Assembly (NCBI RefSeq): GCF_963921235.1 | Contig: NC_086097.1 | Coordinates: 55,182,001-55,246,000 of the forward strand | Source of the DNA: Mobula hypostoma | Taxonomy: Eukaryota | Direction of reading: 5' to 3' | Length of the DNA: 64,000 nt | In this document: piece by piece, positions 62,945 through 64,000 of the stretch | Position numbering within the stretch: the first letter of the stretch is position 1 | Layout: every line of letters starts with the position of its first letter | Notes under the pieces: generated by a model | The model's database searches: none | Seen by the model: only the letters and a program-made list of their open reading frames with translations | Told to the model about the DNA's origin: nothing | Position numbers and translations under genes: made by a program

Positions 62945-63469
62945 TGTATGGGGTGTCTAGGGAGGGGTAGCTCCTCTGGTGGGGGGGCCTGCCGTGCCCT
63001 TTTTCAGGGCTGCTCATCCACCTTTGGTCCCCACCTGGCGCTCAACTCTCACCTGTGGCTCCAAATAGCTGTAACACGCACAGTAGCCACACCCCAGTAA
63101 ACTGTCTCAGCAGACGGGCCAAACCAGGTGAGGGTGGCCAGCGGGTCTTCGACCTTCGGTGAGGTAGGGGGTTTGTGTGTCCCAGCGTGTGAAATCTGGC
63201 CCTGGCAGATTGAGCAGAGGAGACCGATTAATGGTCGAACGGTCAAGAAGGCAGGCCAGCAGGCGTTTGTGGAGCGCTAAGAGCATGACAAGGCACTTAA
63301 ACGTCCTGGTCATCCACGGCAAGAGGTGGTGATCTCTTTAAACTCACCTGGCAGAAGGCAAAGGCAAACCACTGCTGTAGCCTGCCAAGTACATGATTTC
63401 CCAATATGGCAAAGCGGCGTGGAGGGAAATCGTCCACCAACTGGAAATTCCAGATGCGACCTAACAATG
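62945..63469 (+). mobile_element. Non-autonomous RTE-derived (bipartite) retroelement
   Basis: GC-rich insert in a CR1 tail, TSD AACTTGG (62938-62944 / 63470-63476); GGCAGAAGGCAAAGGCAAACCAC and GATGCGACCTAAC resemble RTE/BovB-type UTR motifs; no ORF. Confidence 0.65.
62950..63134 (+). ncRNA. HDV-like (nested double pseudoknot) ribozyme fold, probably attenuated or dead in this copy
   Basis: P1 GGGGUGU/ACACCCC, P2 CUCUCACCUG/CAGGUGAGGG, P3 GGC/GCC, L3 starting UCC, P4 CUGUCU/AGACGG, J4/2 GCCAA, all in HDV order. Confidence 0.75.
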
Positions 63470-64000
63470 AACTTGGCAGACATGGACAAGTTGGGCTGTA
63501 GGGTCTGTTTCTGCACTGTATAGTTCCATGATTGTATTATTAAAGTCTGTAGCAATAGGAAGAAAAAAGTTATTTCCTAATAAGTAGAATTTGACAATCC
63601 TTTTACAGGATTTAGTTCAAGTTTATTGTCATTCAACCATACACACGTATGCAGCCAAATGAAACATCGTTCCTCTGGGGCCATGGTGCGAGTAGTCACA
63701 GTTTATATAATTATGATGTAGCACAACCCAGCACATACAATCGCAAGCGAAATACCCAGAGCTGAAAGAAGGTGTCAGATCACAGTAAATGGGTAAAAAT
63801 TGCAGGAGGGGAATTAACTAATTAATTTTTTGCTAAATGAAGTAAATACATTAATATACTGTATGTATGTTTGACTGTGCTTCTGTTAAATGCTTCCTTA
63901 ACCTAGCTAAGGTTTAGCTTGTTAAAACTTTTGTATTCTCTGTTCCTAACTTGATAGGGAAAATCTGATGAAGTTCCCAGTATTATTTGCATTTTAGAAC

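Noticed and set aside
63980..64000. Possible acceptor (TTTTAG|AAC) for the next KTN1 exon
   Set aside because: Only 3 nt of putative exon inside the window; cannot be evaluated
1..64000. CRISPR arrays, rRNA/tRNA genes or prokaryotic systems
   Set aside because: No regularly spaced repeats or operon structure; tRNA-like sequence occurs only as a decayed SINE head

Overview
Eukaryotic (vertebrate) genomic DNA, most likely a cartilaginous fish such as a ray or skate, judged from the repeat landscape. The window lies entirely inside one + strand gene, kinectin (KTN1). I could assemble 33 consecutive GT-AG exons (16593-58135; 2583 nt = 861 codons, open throughout, phases consistent) that encode the coiled-coil region and most of the C-terminal part; the first and last exons lie outside the window. 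21 of the exons form seven tandem three-exon modules of about 69/38/91 nt. The introns are packed with decayed CR1, Rex1/Babar, RTE, Tx1-like and Penelope retroelements plus Tc1, Tigger/pogo and hAT DNA transposons; nearly all ORFs in the supplied track are transposon fragments or noise. Most notable: (1) an HDV-like ribozyme fold with an unusual L3 hairpin insertion, heading a ~520 bp RTE-derived element in sense orientation in a KTN1 intron; (2) a partial duplicate of a KTN1 exon, inserted into a SINE, with intact acceptor, new stop and AATAAA; (3) minimal hammerhead motifs and palindromes from Penelope ends; (4) 5'/3' UTR complementarity in a near full-length RTE LINE. Family names come from motif recognition and memory, not database searches; boundaries of old repeats are approximate.
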